Positions 12,953 to 27,165 of a stretch of DNA of 64,000 nucleotides are shown here, piece after piece (within the stretch, counting starts at the first letter, position 1; each line of letters opens with the position of its first letter). The notes under the pieces were generated by a model. The model saw only the letters and a program-made list of their open reading frames with translations. It ran no database searches and had not been told where the DNA came from. The stretch spans positions 19,522,879-19,586,878 of the forward strand of contig NC_082594.1 of assembly GCF_030936135.1 (NCBI RefSeq), in the 5' to 3' direction. Position numbers and translations under genes: made by a program. The stretch comes from Gavia stellata (Eukaryota).

Positions 12953-14367
12953 GTAGGTATATTTGACATAGTTTATTCATCTATCAGTTACTTCAGGAAA
13001 GAATGTTTTAGAAGATGAATATTTAGAATTGGCTTTTAATGAATCAGCAACCATGGAAACTGGCAATAAAGTTGATTAGAAAAAAAGATTTTTTTTGAAA
13101 AGAAATATTAGTTCCATTCTGTGGAGTCTTTACATTGATTTTTTTTTTTTTTCTTTTAATAAAATTTAAAAAAATAAAAACGGGTAAAATATTAAAAATA
13201 ACAAAAAAGCTACTCCAATGACTGTCTTTTATTTGATTCCATTGGAAAAAAAATGACAGTAACCTGGAAGTTTTAGTTAATTTCAACAGAATGCAGTGGG
13301 CTTTTGGTGCCTTTGTATGAGGAAGTGTTATGTTTTGAAGTCAAAATTATGAGAAAATAAGATAGCTGGAGAACAGGTTAACATGGACTAGAAATACTAT
13401 GCAACATAATTAAAATAGAAGAACTGCAAGCATTCCAAAACATAACATGGTTCAGATGCCAACAACTATAATTCTGTGTAGAAGGAAAAAATACAAATAT
13501 TCTTTTAATGCTGTGAGATGTGAAAAAGAGATGAGAAAGATAGTTCTATTTAATATGTACAGTCAGCAAAAAATTATCATCCTGAAAGTTATTACTATTT
13601 TAATTCTCTTTTTTCCTACGCTTTTTATTTCTTTTTACTTTATTTCTTTTGCATCTCTTGGATTTTGCTGGGTGCTAGTCTTTCCTTTAAGTATTTTTAA
13701 AAGTAACTACTTTTGACATAATAAATTTTATTTCATGAACATTCTCATGTCATGAATCAGTATGATTTTCAGAACTATATATAAGAATAAGAATCAGGAC
13801 CAATGCATTTGTACATTTGCTGTGTCATTGAGTCTGTTAGATAAAACCGGTTTTGCACAGCAGAGGCCATGGGCATGCATGGTTGAAGCTGGGTAGATGT
13901 GTTCAGTAGCAATCCTAAATAGTTTTAAACTAAAGGTAAAACTGTGTTCGTACACTATATCTATACAACTTAAGAAAAAAAAAAAGAAAAGGTGAAACAA
14001 ACAAAGGAAAAACCCCAAAACCAGTATGAGCTGTGGAGGGATGGTTCTCGGGCTGTCTGGTCAAGTGGCACAGCATAGCTCTCAGCTCCATGTCACAGAA
14101 GTCACAGAAGTCAGGGTGGTGAAGTCCCCAGAGGGAATAAGCATTGGCATAGCCTGGGGCGGTACTAATTCTAGCAGTGAGGCAGTTGCCCTTCAATACT
14201 TGACTTCGTATCCTGCCAGTTACATGGCTGAATAAAACGTGAACTTAGAAGTTCTTAACTTGTTTCAATGTGTAAAATATTTATGAATTGTTTTTATTAA
14301 CTATTCATAAGTTAAATTAGAGAAACCAGATACTATGCCAAGTAATAAATAAATGTTTTGATTGCAG

Positions 14368-14491
14368 ATGTGGAAGACTTGTCATCTGCTGAAAATAGAA
14401 ACGCCACAAAGAAAAATGAAAGCAACAATTCCAACTTCACTGTTATTGAAGACAGTGAGAGAAGAATTGAGTCCAAAGAAGGGACTTCTAG
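14368..14491 (+). CDS. PARP4: PARP4 exon 4 (variable acidic linker)
   Basis: Acceptor gattgcag and donor CTAG|GTAAAA. Phase 1 in, phase 2 out, consistent with the flanking exons. Confidence 0.7.
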
Positions 14492-15618
14492 GTAAAATAA
14501 AATAAAATTAGAGATATGTTTTGATACATCTATGTTGAGATTTCTGTAAATCAAAAAAAAAAACCCAACCAACAAAACCCCCAAAAAACCCCACTTCCCG
14601 ATCTGTTTCAGTGACTTCTAGAGATGGCTCTCATTGTCTTAATAATGTAGTAGAAGATAAAATTATTCTTCCTTCATTTTCTGTATTCTGTGTGTATGAA
14701 TTTATAACAGCTTCTTTTTTTTTTTTTTTTCCTTTCGATCTGACTGTGGAAATTGATTTTACATTTTTCCATCTCAATGTACACCTACAGTCCAGCTCCC
14801 TAATACATGCAAAGCTTCTACCAACTCAGCAGGCATTAGTATGGCTCAAGCTTTATGATTTTCTGATTGGAGCTTTGTTTATCATCACAATCTTTTTCTT
14901 TTCTTGGTTCACACAGGTTTTTGCAATGCAGTCCAATTCATTGGTTTTAGAAGTGCTGAGCATCTCTTTCTCCCATGAAAATTCTTGAGAGAGCTGAAAA
15001 TCAAGATAACTGAGACTGCTCTTAGTTGATAGGGAAGCAGTATTGTTATAACTGTTTCTCATTATTGAGTTAACGGAACAAAACCAGCTCCAACAGTCTT
15101 AAATCTATTAAGAAAATGCAGCTTTCTACTTTGAGAAACTGCTGTTCAGTCATAGGGTAGGTATTTAGTTACTCTGTGGGAAGGTACTAGGAGTTACACT
15201 TGGTCCAAAAGTCCTGATGCTGAAGGATACGACTACACGTATATATCATGATGTGAAAGTCAGGAATAAGGGAGGGATTAGCCTCAGACAGCACAGGTAG
15301 TTGACCAAGCTATTAAAAAAGTAACATGTAACCAGGCAATGAAAATACATTTATTGTGTTGCTTCCATGGTTTTTCATGCAATGCAGATTGAAATCTAGC
15401 CTTCGTCTTCAGGTTTACACTAGACATTCTGGCCTGTTAGTGCAGCAGCTTGTCCGGGTGAGATTTCATTTCTCAAAACTTTTTTTGTTGTTATTTTGCA
15501 GCTGAAAAATATATTTATCATCTTATATTAGTTCTTACTTTAGAATGATGTTGCAGCCTGTTACAGTATGGTATTTACTGTACTGTATGTGATTTTAATT
15601 ACTCTGATTCCATTCCAG

Positions 15619-15697
15619 ATTTTACAGTGAAAATGATCAAGATACTCCTTTTTTCCCCCAAGATTTTGAAGTTGCAAAATACAGTGTCCTTGAAAAA
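15619..15697 (+). CDS. PARP4: PARP4 exon 5 (...PQDFEVAKYSVLEK)
   Basis: Acceptor cattccag and donor AAAAA|GTAAGC. Matches human HLPQDFEVAKYNTLEK. Confidence 0.8.
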
Positions 15698-16263
15698 GTA
15701 AGCCTTTCTGTTACTGTGAGAGAACGTAGGATTATCAGCAGACGAATACAAGGTTTACAGTTTTGTACACATCAGCAGTAACTCTTCTATGTTATCATGT
15801 ACTGCAATGCAAAGAGGAGTATTGAAAAGTACTTTAATGCTTTCTGTCTTTCAGTGAAGCCTAATTCTCTAATAGAACTTTTCTACTATCGCTATAGCGT
15901 TCTCACCAAAGTATTGCAGTAGAATAATGTTTGCTTCTGACAAAATACACGTTATCATGGCTGTTTTGTGTTAAATCTAATTTAACTTTTAAACTTTTTT
16001 ATTAAAAATCTTCTAAAACACAAAAATTATGGAAGTGTACAGCAATCAGTACAGTGAAGCCCTGAGAGGAGCTTCTGCTTTTTACTATGATACAAATAAT
16101 GAATAATTCTGCTTCTTTTCTGAGCCAGTCATAGCGTGTGGTTCTAAATAGGGTGAAAAAATAAGTAGGACAAGGGGAAGGACTTGGCACAATATTATGT
16201 GAATAGAACATATGTAAGCAATAAATTGGGGGTCGGGGGACTTTATTTTATCTCTCCATTTAG

Positions 16264-16377
16264 GTTAACTCCAAGGAAAGCAAAGATTTTGTAGTTATTG
16301 AATTACAGTGTGCCCAAGAGCATTACAAGTTTCCATTTCGACTATATGCACACTTCAGTGCATCAAATGGAACAAAG
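16264..16377 (+). CDS. PARP4: PARP4 exon 6
   Basis: Acceptor ccatttag and donor AAG|GTATGA. Encodes VNSKESKDFVVIELQCAQEHYKFPF..., matching human VGMEGGQEAVVVELQCS.... Confidence 0.75.
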
Positions 16378-17142
16378 GTATGAAACACTCATTGACATTT
16401 CCTGTTTGTTTCTTTATGCACGTTGAACGTACCTGTTCCAGACAGCTTCAGATGTGTTTCATTCTTATTTGCAGGCTAATCCTTAAATACAGATAATAGG
16501 TCATTCTGTTAAGCTTTATCATAAAAAGTTTGATTTATAGTTGCCTCCTGTACTCTGTGTGTTTGCTTACAACTTGCTCAAAAGAACTGTTTTGGGACTT
16601 GGCAGCAGCACAGCATGGTCCTGGATGCACCTGCCTCATACTCACATATATTTTCTTGGCAATATCTAAAATGTATAATGACATGGTTACATGCTGAAAT
16701 GCTATAGCAAGTGATATTCTGGACATACTATTAAGAGACGGAAAAGCATGTCTTGAGGGCAGCCTAAATGTATTTCTCAGCATACAAGTTATGTATGCAC
16801 CCTGGTATAGCACTTGCAGTCTGTGTCATTGTAACAACATTAGATTCAAGTCAAAGGAGCTGTATCAGGGATGAATTTTGAATAGTTCAATTGATAGAAC
16901 AAGTTATTGCAGCACACATTTAGACGAACCTATCTTGTCATTGTGGGCTTTGTATATGGAGCCCTGTGCTTGTTCTTCATGTCCCATGAACTCTCATGAA
17001 GGCACTGCCTTGCTGGAAGCGTGTTAAATCACAACCCAGAGGTTAAGTGTGGATTGTCAGCTGTTACAGCAGTGTCTGGTAAAATTGATTCTTTAAGTCT
17101 TTATATAGTTTCTTTGACTAACTTTACTCTTTTGGTTTACAG

Positions 17143-17289
17143 AATAATAAACAATTAATAACTAATACTGCTGAAGAAATAAGAGAAAAGTACGAGACTT
17201 TTATTGCAGACTTGAAGAGACAGGATTTCCTGCTCAGAGAAACTTTTCCACCAGAAGCAGAATCTTTAGCTTCTACAAAATTGCAAAAG
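17143..17289 (+). CDS. PARP4: PARP4 exon 7 (ends with apparent GC donor)
   Basis: Acceptor ggtttacag. Encodes ...FLLRETFPPEAESLASTKLQK, matching human FLLREHFTPEATQLASEQLQA. The only phase-compatible 3' end is AAG|GCTTGT at 17290. Confidence 0.7.
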
Positions 17290-18608
17290 GCTTGTACAAT
17301 TTGCATGTTTACACTTTTCTGTCCTTAATGATTTGTTTTAGTTTCCAATTTTCTGAATGTGGTAAACATTTTCTGGATTATAGTGATACAGCCATAGGTT
17401 AAGGGAAACTCTTTATATGTAAATGTTTTGAAATTATTTTTTTTTCAAAATATTGAGTGGATGTTCCCAGTACTTAAACACAGTAAAAGCAAATGTAGTC
17501 ATATTCATTATAGGTTGGGTTTTTTTTTTTCCTCAGTAGGTGCATTATCAACTAACGGGATACCTAAAAAGTGTATAGCAAACAGAATTGTTGTGTGATG
17601 TATGACCTTGATTGTTGAGTTATTCTGCGCACTATACAGATGTCACAGGCTTGATGTAGATTGTATTGGAATCGGTAACAGGACTCCCCCCAATGGCAAT
17701 AGCAGTTGGATTCTGCTCCCTAAAGTACTCTTAAGACAATGTTTTACTGCTATTTAAAATGGTTGTAGTGTGACAGAAATTTTTTCCCATTTATATTCTC
17801 ACTGTACTTTATCCACTTCTCTCTTCCACCATGGTTAGCTTCTATTATAGGGCAAAACTGGCACATAGATTATATCCAGCAATGTTGAAAGGCCCGCATA
17901 CCTCTAGTGATCTCAGAAGCTGTGCAGTTGATGCCATATAAACAAGTACTTGTGTGAGAATTGTTTAATGGCAGCTTCTGGAGTTGTAGAAGAGTGAGAA
18001 AAAGCTCAAGTAAATGCTTTAACAATGTTCCTCAGAAGAACATGAGAAAATCTGTTTTCACAACTCTTTGATGTATGAAATGCACTGATTTTCATGGCCT
18101 CTCTATTTTTCCTATAGCTTTGCTGCTCCAATTTGTTGTTTTCACAGGAATAATGTATTTCCCCCTGGAGTTTTCTGAACGAGAGATCTAGTGTCATCTG
18201 TTAGGGATGTTATAAAACACTGTCCATTTTGAACCATCTGTTCTTTTCCCAGCTGTGCAAAAAAAGGAGATGGCTGGGGTCTGCAGACTATTATGTCCGA
18301 GTACCTGATAGTACAATGTACTGATAAAGATACCAAGCAAATCAACTTCTGTTTTCTCCAAGACTTTATGTCTCAGTTTTCAAGAGAGGTCATGACCATC
18401 TGGCCTGCCATGCTCTCCATTTGAAAGAATTTATAAAAGCAAACCTTCCCTTCAGTTCAATGGGACTGAAGAAATTATACTAAGCATGAATGAGCATTGT
18501 GCACTGTATTGTTTATGGGAATAGGAAAGTTTAATTATCTGTGTAAGAACTTCACTGCCATGACTTGCATCTTTGTCTTTTCACTGAATTGTGTTTACTT
18601 TACTACAG

Positions 18609-18746
18609 TTACTTCTAGAAGAAGCCATCCATTCAAGTGCTATATGTCAGGAAGTTAGTGATTTTGTGGAATTGATCTGGGCAGAAGCTATTGGCCACCT
18701 GGATAGTTTACTGCTTGAATCAGTAAACAACATGAGCCTAAATGAT
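18609..18746 (+). CDS. PARP4: PARP4 exon 8
   Basis: Acceptor tactacag and donor GAT|GTAAGT. Encodes LLLEEAIHSSAICQEVSDFVELIWAEAIGHL..., matching human LLLEEVMNSSTLSQEVSDLVEMIWAEALGHL. Confidence 0.85.
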
Positions 18747-20302
18747 GTAAGTTAATTCTTGTTACTTGGTGAGGATGAATATGTAAATGCTGTTAGAAGT
18801 AATTTTTTCCCAGCAAACCCATATGTTGTGTTTCAGATTGGGATTGGTAATTACACTTCTGATACTCCTCCACTTCAACAAATCTATGCTTCAGAAATTT
18901 TTATCTCAAATTTTCCTTTAGAATCATGACACTAAAAACATGCTGTACTCCCTAGGGCAGATGGCTGTCTTTTCCATTTTATAGCAATTTACACAATTTT
19001 TATGGGAGGATCCCTTCCATGAGATGAGTCAAGTAACATAAGAAGAGAGTCATAGAAGGCAGTGCACAATAGCAGGTTACTATATTACTTTCACTTTTTG
19101 ATATGGAAATAATACACATTTATGTAGGTTCTGGTGAGTAAGTACACGTTAGTGATATTGTATATGTGTATTCGGAGACAGCAGTGAGCGCGTTGCATAA
19201 ATCAGCAAGGACATAAGGAAATGCTGTTTGTGGTAAATGCTTTTTATGAGGTGCAATAGTTTGGATATTAAGATTCCTAACGTATTTCGGGTAGGTGAAA
19301 TTAGATAAATATTTGATAAATAATGTTCAGTTGTTGGTAGCATTTTCAAGAGCTGAACCATAGACCTAAAAGATTCTGTATCTCAATGCATCAATCTGTA
19401 AGAACATGATAAAACTGTTTTCACTAACTCTTCCCACTTACAAATTAATTTGCAAGAGAAATAGCATTTGTATTGGAAGAAAAAACTCTGGATTTTTGAA
19501 ACACGGTAATTAAGAAGTGGGTTGCTGTTCAGTTAGATTAACCCTCCATTTTTTTTCCTAAAGGCATTTGTAAGACAGAGACCAGTCTTGGATCAATATT
19601 GAACTGCAGTAAGACATTGCTATGCAGCCTCTAATGTCGACATTTTGCTAGCTGTTGCCTGTAGTTCATGTAAATTAAAAAGCATTTTGCCTTTTTCCTT
19701 CTGCCTTGAGAAGACAAAATAATGTAGAGTATTCTGGGAAAAATTTCCAATTGAGAAGGAATATACAGATACAAGCAAATCTATATCCTCTCTGTCTGGA
19801 CAAACTGTCTAATATTAATCATTACTTTCATTTCATCTGTAGGTTGCACTTTATAACAGGACTTCTACTCTGCTTTATGTATTTTAGGATTAATTGGTGC
19901 ACTTAACCATTTAGTAAGACATTTAGTAAGAAATTTATTGTCTACTTTCTGTTACTTCATCAATGCATTAAAACTGACAATGTGAATCAACAACATGTTA
20001 AGGAACGTTATCTTTCAATCTGATTCATATTCCATTTTATTTCAGGGAGGTTATTTTACTGTCTCTTAGCTCTGCTTGAGGTACTTTGCAAGTAGCCCAG
20101 TATAAGGGCAGAATGATATGCAGCTTTTTAAATACTGTTTTCATATCTTAGCTGCCAGAAAATATTTTGTGGATATTGCACTAACAAAAGTTAAAGTTTT
20201 ATTTCAGTGTGGAATTAAATTATCCATTTTCAGTATTTATTGCTTTGTGCTCTTTCTGTAATTTTGCAATAGCTTTCAGTTTAATAATCTCTTCTTTTAA
20301 AG

Positions 20303-20476
20303 GTGAGCAAAGCAGAAGGTATTTTACTCCAAGTAAAGAATGCACTGGATGAGGGAGCTGGCGAGGTGGCACTACAAGAGATGATGATGGGATTCTATCA
20401 AGTTATACGTCACAAAACTCAAATAGACTATAAAGTTTCCAAAAAGCTGTTATCTAGAAAACAGGACCTGTGTCAG
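20303..20476 (+). CDS. PARP4: PARP4 exon 9
   Basis: ORF 20303..20497. Acceptor cttttaaag and donor CAG|GTAACT. Encodes VSKAEGILLQVKNAL...DLCQ, matching human VSKAEGILLLVKAAL...DLCQ. Confidence 0.85.
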
Positions 20477-21819
20477 GTAACTTTTCCAGACTGCTAGTAA
20501 GACCTGAACTGTGCTGTGTTACCCCAGTTTTGAACATGCTCACTAGAGAACTTGACAGGATGCTTTGCACAGCTAGTCACTGGCTGTCAGTTTAAAAAAA
20601 TAATTTATTGGAATCTTATGAATTGAGTAATGCTCATGGGGGGAATTCAGTGTTTTGAACAGGAAGACCAGTTGCTGTCCAGATGGTGACAGGAGTTTCC
20701 ATTGCAATCATTGTTGTGATGGCATCTTCAGCTGGATCAAGTGAGAATCACAGAACTGTTGTTGTCATCCAGCTGACCCTAGCAACTACTCCAGCGTATA
20801 CATAATCAGTTGCTATTGATTATCTTAAACTATATACAAAATATGTCTAAGCTATTTTAACTATATGCAAAGACTGTGTACCCTTTCCTTTCCTGGATAC
20901 GCAGGAACAGTTTCTAGAGACTATTTAAAATTAGCAGTCTATGTACATCTTGGTCTGTTCCTACATCTACAGCACAAACTGTTTGGGGGAGTTCCCTGAA
21001 CTACCTGGATTGTTAGTACAAGAAGTTAGTCAGCACGGCTAAACAGATAACACTTTTCAGCTGGTCTAAGCATAGCTGGCCTGCTTAGGGGAGTCTCCAA
21101 GGACCTACCCCATAGCTCCCCCTCAGCTCCTGTGTTAACTTAGGCAGTTCCTTCATTTTTAGGCTGGTTAGAAGTTCAGTCAATCACGAGTTCAGTTACT
21201 CTCTTGGAAGTCAGTCCATTGTCTCATCTTTGCAGAAACTAGCTGGGAGATTCTCAGCCTGCCCAGGGGATTGCCGAAAAGGTGTGCTGAGTGTGCACAC
21301 AGATGCAGCCCTTGCACCCAGCAGCAAGGGCTGGCTGCTCTGTAAGGGCAGGCGGGCAGGACTGAGGGTGAAAGTGAGCAAGGCCAGGGCAGTTACACCA
21401 CTGTCAGAGGCTCTAGTCCCATGGTACCCAAATAGGAAGAGCAGGTGACAGTGACTGCTGGTGATAGTAGCCAGGGTCAGTCCAGACTGCCTCCTCATTA
21501 TGGCTTGTCTGGCACATCGAAGGTCAAACCGGGAACTCGAGTCCATAGGATCTGGTTCAGAACCAGGGAGGTGGGACGCTGGATGCAGGCATATCAGCAG
21601 CATAGGTCAGCTGAGAGACCAGGGGCAAGAGCCTAAGCTCAAAGACATTTCTTGAGCAAAGGAGGGGCAGGAATCTGCTGAGTCTTCTCACAGCTCTCTT
21701 TCAAGGCTCCACAGCTGCGCTGTCAAAGCCAAGCTCTCTGGAGAAGCAAGAGGCAGCTACATCACTCTTGTAACTATAGAGCAAACTCAAATTTTCTCCT
21801 TGTATTGTGATTATAATGT

Positions 21820-21975
21820 AAATTCTATAGATTCTGCCAGAAATCAAGGAACGTGTGGATGAGGCATTGTGGGACATGGTTTAATAGGTATGATGGTGTT
21901 GGTTGATGGTTGGACTTGATGATCTTACAGGTCATTTCCAACCGTAGTGATTTTGTGTGATTCTGTGTGAAATAC
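21820..21975 (+). mobile_element. CR1 LINE 3'-terminal fragment (diverged subfamily)
   Basis: Shows ggttgatggttggacttgatgatcttacaggtcatttccaacc followed by gattttgtgtgattctgtgtga, which is the CR1 hairpin plus octamer repeats. Confidence 0.75.
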
Positions 21976-22656
21976 CTCTTTGTATTGGCAAAGGATATCC
22001 AGAAGTCAGTCTTCTGTAAGTTACAAAATATAAAGGGGGAGAGGTAAACAGAAGGAAGCTCCTTACTGTTCTAAAAGAACAAACATTAATAGTGCCTTTA
22101 AACTTGGCAATCTTTTGATAATTAAAACCTTTTGACATTTCTGATCTCAAAATATTACTATGTCTCATAAATCTTTCCCATGGCTTAGTGAAGTGTAGCA
22201 TTACAATCTGTTCAAAGTTAGATGTCCTTCTTTCTCCTGATCTGAGGAAATTACATGGGTACCTTGTGCTACTGCCCTAGCTGGATAGTGGCCTCGGGGA
22301 CAAAATGACAGATTCTAACAAGTAAGAATTGCCTCATAAGCAAAATCAAAACGGTAACCATGCACAAATACTGGTTTGTGGAGCTGTTACAAGCAGGCTC
22401 CATCCAAAACTTGATTTGGAGTTGTACAGAAGCAGTTTAACACTGTTTTGCATATAACTTGTCCTTCTGAATTGTTTTCATGGGATTCTACAGCTGTTTG
22501 CTCTTGTTCCAAACTGTATCTAACAAGTGGAAATGTTCTTTTGAGTATTCCATTTCATTGTTACTACACTGTAACTTCATATAATTCAGTCTGGTTTGCA
22601 TGTTTCCTTAGTTAAAACGTATGAAGTATTCATAAATTTCTGTCTGTATTTTCTAG

Positions 22657-22817
22657 CTAATCAGAGACATGCTTAATATACGTGAAACAAATATGTCATG
22701 CTCAAATCCATCATCTTTGGCCAAATACCGGGCTCTGAGGTGCAAGATTGAAGCTGTTAACTCAACGAGTTGTGAATTTCTCAATGTTGAACAGCAAGTG
22801 TTAAAAAACAATTACAA
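22657..22817 (+). CDS. PARP4: PARP4 exon 10 (start of ART/catalytic region)
   Basis: Acceptor tattttctag and donor AA|GTGAGT. Encodes LIRDMLNIRETNMS...SLAKYRALRCKIE, matching human LIRDMVNVCETNLS...SLAKYRALRCKIE. Confidence 0.85.
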
Positions 22818-25440
22818 GTGAGTGTTCAATAGTTATGCAGTGATTCCAGTAAAATTCAATGTGTAGTGCACAAAATACCTCTAAAGAGGACTGAATTACC
22901 AGGTTCTGTTACTGTGCAGTGTTGATTGCACTAGTGGGATTGCAGAGCTGGCATATTTACCATAACCTATACTAGAACAAAATGGAGGTAAATTAAAAAA
23001 ACCCTGAAAATGATAATATTGTCAATTTTGGTGTGGTTTTTTTCTGTTTTCGGTTTGGTTTTTTTTTATTGTGAAGAGCTGTCTATTTATATGAGCTATT
23101 AAAATAAGATATATGGGGACTCTGATTCTCAGCATTTATTTCCAGGCATTTTATAAAATAACTGGAAAGTAAACACAAAAGTAAAATTTACGGTTCTGCT
23201 GAGTAAAACAAATAGGTTTTTTCTGTGTGAAAAAACTTGATTGGGGTGGGAGGGAATACTTGGTCACTTTTTGATTATGTACAGAACTTGCTGTCCCTTT
23301 CTAGTTAGCTTTCAGTTGTGTGAAAAAGACGTATTTCTGGGAAGTTATTCTGCAGATGTGCCTATAATTCTGTTTAAAGTTCTTGACTTTGGCTTCTAAC
23401 TGGGAACCCAGTCTCTTTGATTAATAACATTAAAAAATGGGTAAATACAGAGAAATTAAAGAGAAGATGGTTCTAGAAATGGAATAATAAATGGTTAGAT
23501 CATTAATACAGGGAAGAATGAAGTGGGCTTCAATTATACATATAGTCACTCCAAGTTTGTTTTTACTGAGTAAATATGCTGTTAAGCAGCTAAGGTCTAA
23601 ACCTACCTAGCAACTACTGGCTACTAAGTGGTTATACCCAAATATATATTGCTCAAGTATGGAAGGAGCACTGTGCCTGGAACACGCAAACTTCTGTTTG
23701 TCTTCAGCAAAGTTCAGTAGCTGACTTTCACTTAACGTTTTGTCTAAATTTTTAAGTAATTTTAAAATTAATAGAACAATAGTTTTTGTGACTTTGTTCC
23801 ACCTTATAGTTCTTTGTGACAGAAACAATTTTTGGGGAATTTGCTGTTACCTGAACCCATGGGACTGCTCTTTGTAGACAGCAGTTATCTATGTTAGGGC
23901 CTATATACTAACTCATAAACTAATTAAGGACAGGATTTTCCCGCCAAACTTTGAATCTACTCTTATACATAGCATAATGACATGGCAAGAATTGGAGTAT
24001 GTTTATTCCCTTTCAGTCTCTGCATTTACAATCTTAGTTTTTAATCTAAAAACAATTTTAAAAAACTTCAACTGCAGTAGAAGCATGCTGAAGGATCAGG
24101 GTTCAAGTAAGGTTCTTAAAAAAAAAAAAAAAAAGAATCGAACAGCCAAAACAAACCAAAAAAACTCCTTCATATAAAAAAAGTTCATATAGTAACTTCA
24201 TAAGTTAGGACATAATATATCTCTAATCCTCAACAAAAGAAACCACACAGTTTGTGTGAAGTGTTCAAAATTACAAAGAGGACAGGTCCTATTTACCAGT
24301 ATTATTTTAGCATTTAGGAACTTGAAGCTTGACTGAAGCTCATTGAATCTTGAAAGCATAAAAGTTTGATTTGTAAACAGGGCTTTATGCTTTTACTTTC
24401 CAGGTACTGGAAATACTGGCAAATACTGGAAATTAAATACTTTCAATATTTAAATGTAAAATTGTGATCCTTAAGTCCTCTTCTCAATTACTTTTTAAAT
24501 CTGGAGGTTCCTCACTGTGTGACAGTTAGGAATCCTAGAATCCTAAAATTATCTTCTGCGTATTTCATAGGGTAGCACTGTCTTTACACTGTTAAGCAAC
24601 TCAGTCCTTAGTCCAGAGTCTGTCATCTGAGGAAGTATATTCTGAGCATGTGTACACAGCAGACTGCTTAAGCAGAGGGAAGGTGGGAGGCACACTGTTC
24701 TCCACTCAGACCTTTACACAATAGCTAAATAGAGCATTCAGCTGGCAAGGATAAAAGTAAGAAGAGGTAAAGAATCTGAATCTTTTGTTTTGTGTAATCA
24801 CAAGAAGGGAAGGACAAGAATCGTGGTTGACAGCTCTGTCCAGTAACTACTGTATGTAAAATGCATAAATCTTGCTGCAGACAGGACTGCAACCCAAGTT
24901 TTCCTCCTCTAACGTGTATTTCTTAATTGGGAAGTCTTTCTTAATTGGGAGTTACTACCTCCAGATAGCGTGAACTGTGGTGCTAAGATGTTTGTAGTTC
25001 AGCCAAGACAATGAGGTACCTGAGTACTCTCAGTAAAAGAATTTTTAGTACAAGATAAATTTGCTGGCAATAATTTATATACTTACAAACTCTGAGTTGC
25101 ATAGTTATATGGGGTTTTGTATGTCACATCTTTGAATTTAGATCCCACAATGTCAAATAAGATAATTTCATATGTCTTTAAGCATGAAAACACATTTTCA
25201 ATTTCTCCCTAAAAGTCTAAATAGGTCTTGAACTTAGTCATTAAGTTTTTAGTATCTCTGGTGATTGTTCTCTTTTGCTATTTTTTTCTTTAATAATTGC
25301 CACCCGTATTGCTAACAACAACAAAAAAGTTGAGCATTACTTTGAGATTTAGAATATGGCTTTATCTTTTAGCAGTATATTGATCTTAAATGCACTTTCT
25401 AATTCATGAGATCTCAAAGATGATTTCAAATTTCTTGCAG

Positions 25441-25578
25441 TGACTGTCCAGTGAGAATTTTACAAGTGTATAGGGTTGGCAGAATAACTGAAACAGCAGA
25501 ATTTCTGAGCAGTCTTGGAAACATTCGATCCTTATTCCATGCATCATCTGTGCGCAACTTCATGGGAATTCTCTCCAG
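25441..25578 (+). CDS. PARP4: PARP4 exon 11 (catalytic; His of the H-Y-E triad in LFHASSV)
   Basis: Acceptor tttcttgcag and donor CAG|GTAAAA. Encodes ...ILQVYRVGRITETAEFLSSLGNIRSLFHASSVRNFMGILSR, matching human VLQIFRVGRVNETTEFLSKLGNVRPLLHGSPVQNIVGIL. Confidence 0.85.
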
Positions 25579-26850
25579 GTAAAAATTTCTATTCCCTTTT
25601 TTGTGGCATTGAATCAGGCTTAACTATATTGTTAAATATATTTTGACTTTTTTTTTATGAAGTTCTTTTGCATTATGTTTAACCTAATTTTTACTTTTAA
25701 CATTTATATGAACATTCATATATTTCTACAGACCTCTGGAAGGAAAATCAGTCTTTTGTAATGATAAGTTTAATTACTCTCCAGGCAGATTAGACTTGAG
25801 ATGCAGCTATTTGGATATGATGGTGAGGACTGTGGTTTAAATCCAGATGAAGGATGACAAAATGGAGAGAGTAGGAGAGTAATGGCTGTGTGGAAAACTT
25901 ACTCTGTTTTAGGAAAGAATTGCATTGATGATGTCCTCCTTCCCCAGGACTACTTTATTTGGTATATTTTTAGATTATCATAATTTCCTGGAATAAGAGA
26001 ATATCTAGTTCTATGACTGAATACCATGGATTCACTCAAGCATGGTAATAATACTAAAATAATATAACCTCTAGTAGCCTGATGTATTTAAATCCTCGTC
26101 ATAGCATGTATGCAGTGAATACCAGCCACTGAAAAATTTAAGGTTATTTTAAAAAACATATCTGACACATAACACCATCAGAGTTAAAATACCTCAAAAG
26201 TCATATTAGCATTCTGTTTTCCTCATACTGCACCTTTTAATTGTAAGTTACAAAACTGTTGAACTTACTTAAATACTGTGTCTTTTTACATTCTTTATAT
26301 ATAAAATGTTTTCTGTGGACATCAACTGTGAGTAAATCAAATGTCTCATAAACAGTCTAAGGATGGTATCTCTACACTTAATAGGTTTGCAAATCAAATG
26401 CTGGAAAAGTTTCCAAGTATCCATTCCCCAGCATTCTACCTTTAAAACTCATACTATCTCTTTCTTAGATACAAAAATTTCATACTTTTTTTTTTTAAAT
26501 TGAATACAGCACAGTAGCTAGAAATGTAAAACTACTCATCTAATAACCAAAAAATTCTTTTGAATGTTTGGCAATGAATCTGGAAACCGCATTGTTTTTC
26601 TGCTAAATGAAGAAAAGCTAACAGTCTTTATTGCTTGTGTAATCACTGTCTTGGTGATTAATATCACTTTGGGATTTATTTTTTTTGTGTGAAGAGACTT
26701 TATTTCCCTTGAGTGTCTATGGATGGTTTCTGTAAAGCATATTTTGTTTTAATCCTCTGTGGTTCGTAACTGCACAATGTGTATTAGCCCACATGCTATA
26801 TCCAGAAGAATTTTGTACTTCATTCATTGTGTGACCTTCTTTTTCTCTAG

Positions 26851-26949
26851 AGGACTCCTAATGCCAAAAGTGGTTGTTGAAGATCATGGCCTGGAAAGAA
26901 CTGACACTGGGAATCTGGGCAGTGGCATTTACTTCAGTGATTCTGTTAG
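26851..26949 (+). CDS. PARP4: PARP4 exon 12 (catalytic; GNLGSGIYFSDS donor loop)
   Basis: ORF 26759..26959. Acceptor tttctctag and donor TAG|GTCTGA. Near-identical to human RGLLLPKVVEDRGVQRTDVGNLGSGIYFSDS. Confidence 0.9.
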
Positions 26950-27165
26950 GTCTGAATAATGACAACATCTCTTTATTTTATCCTTTGTGTATTCTTTTTA
27001 CTTTTGAAATTAAGTAGATATAATGCTTAATACTTTTAAGGTAATTTAATTATAAAGTTTATCCCTGTCCATCTGTTCAGAAGTACTTATGTATTCTTAA
27101 ACTCCTATGATGTTTACATTAATATAAATTTTAATAAAATGCATATGATCTTTCTTTACATGTAG

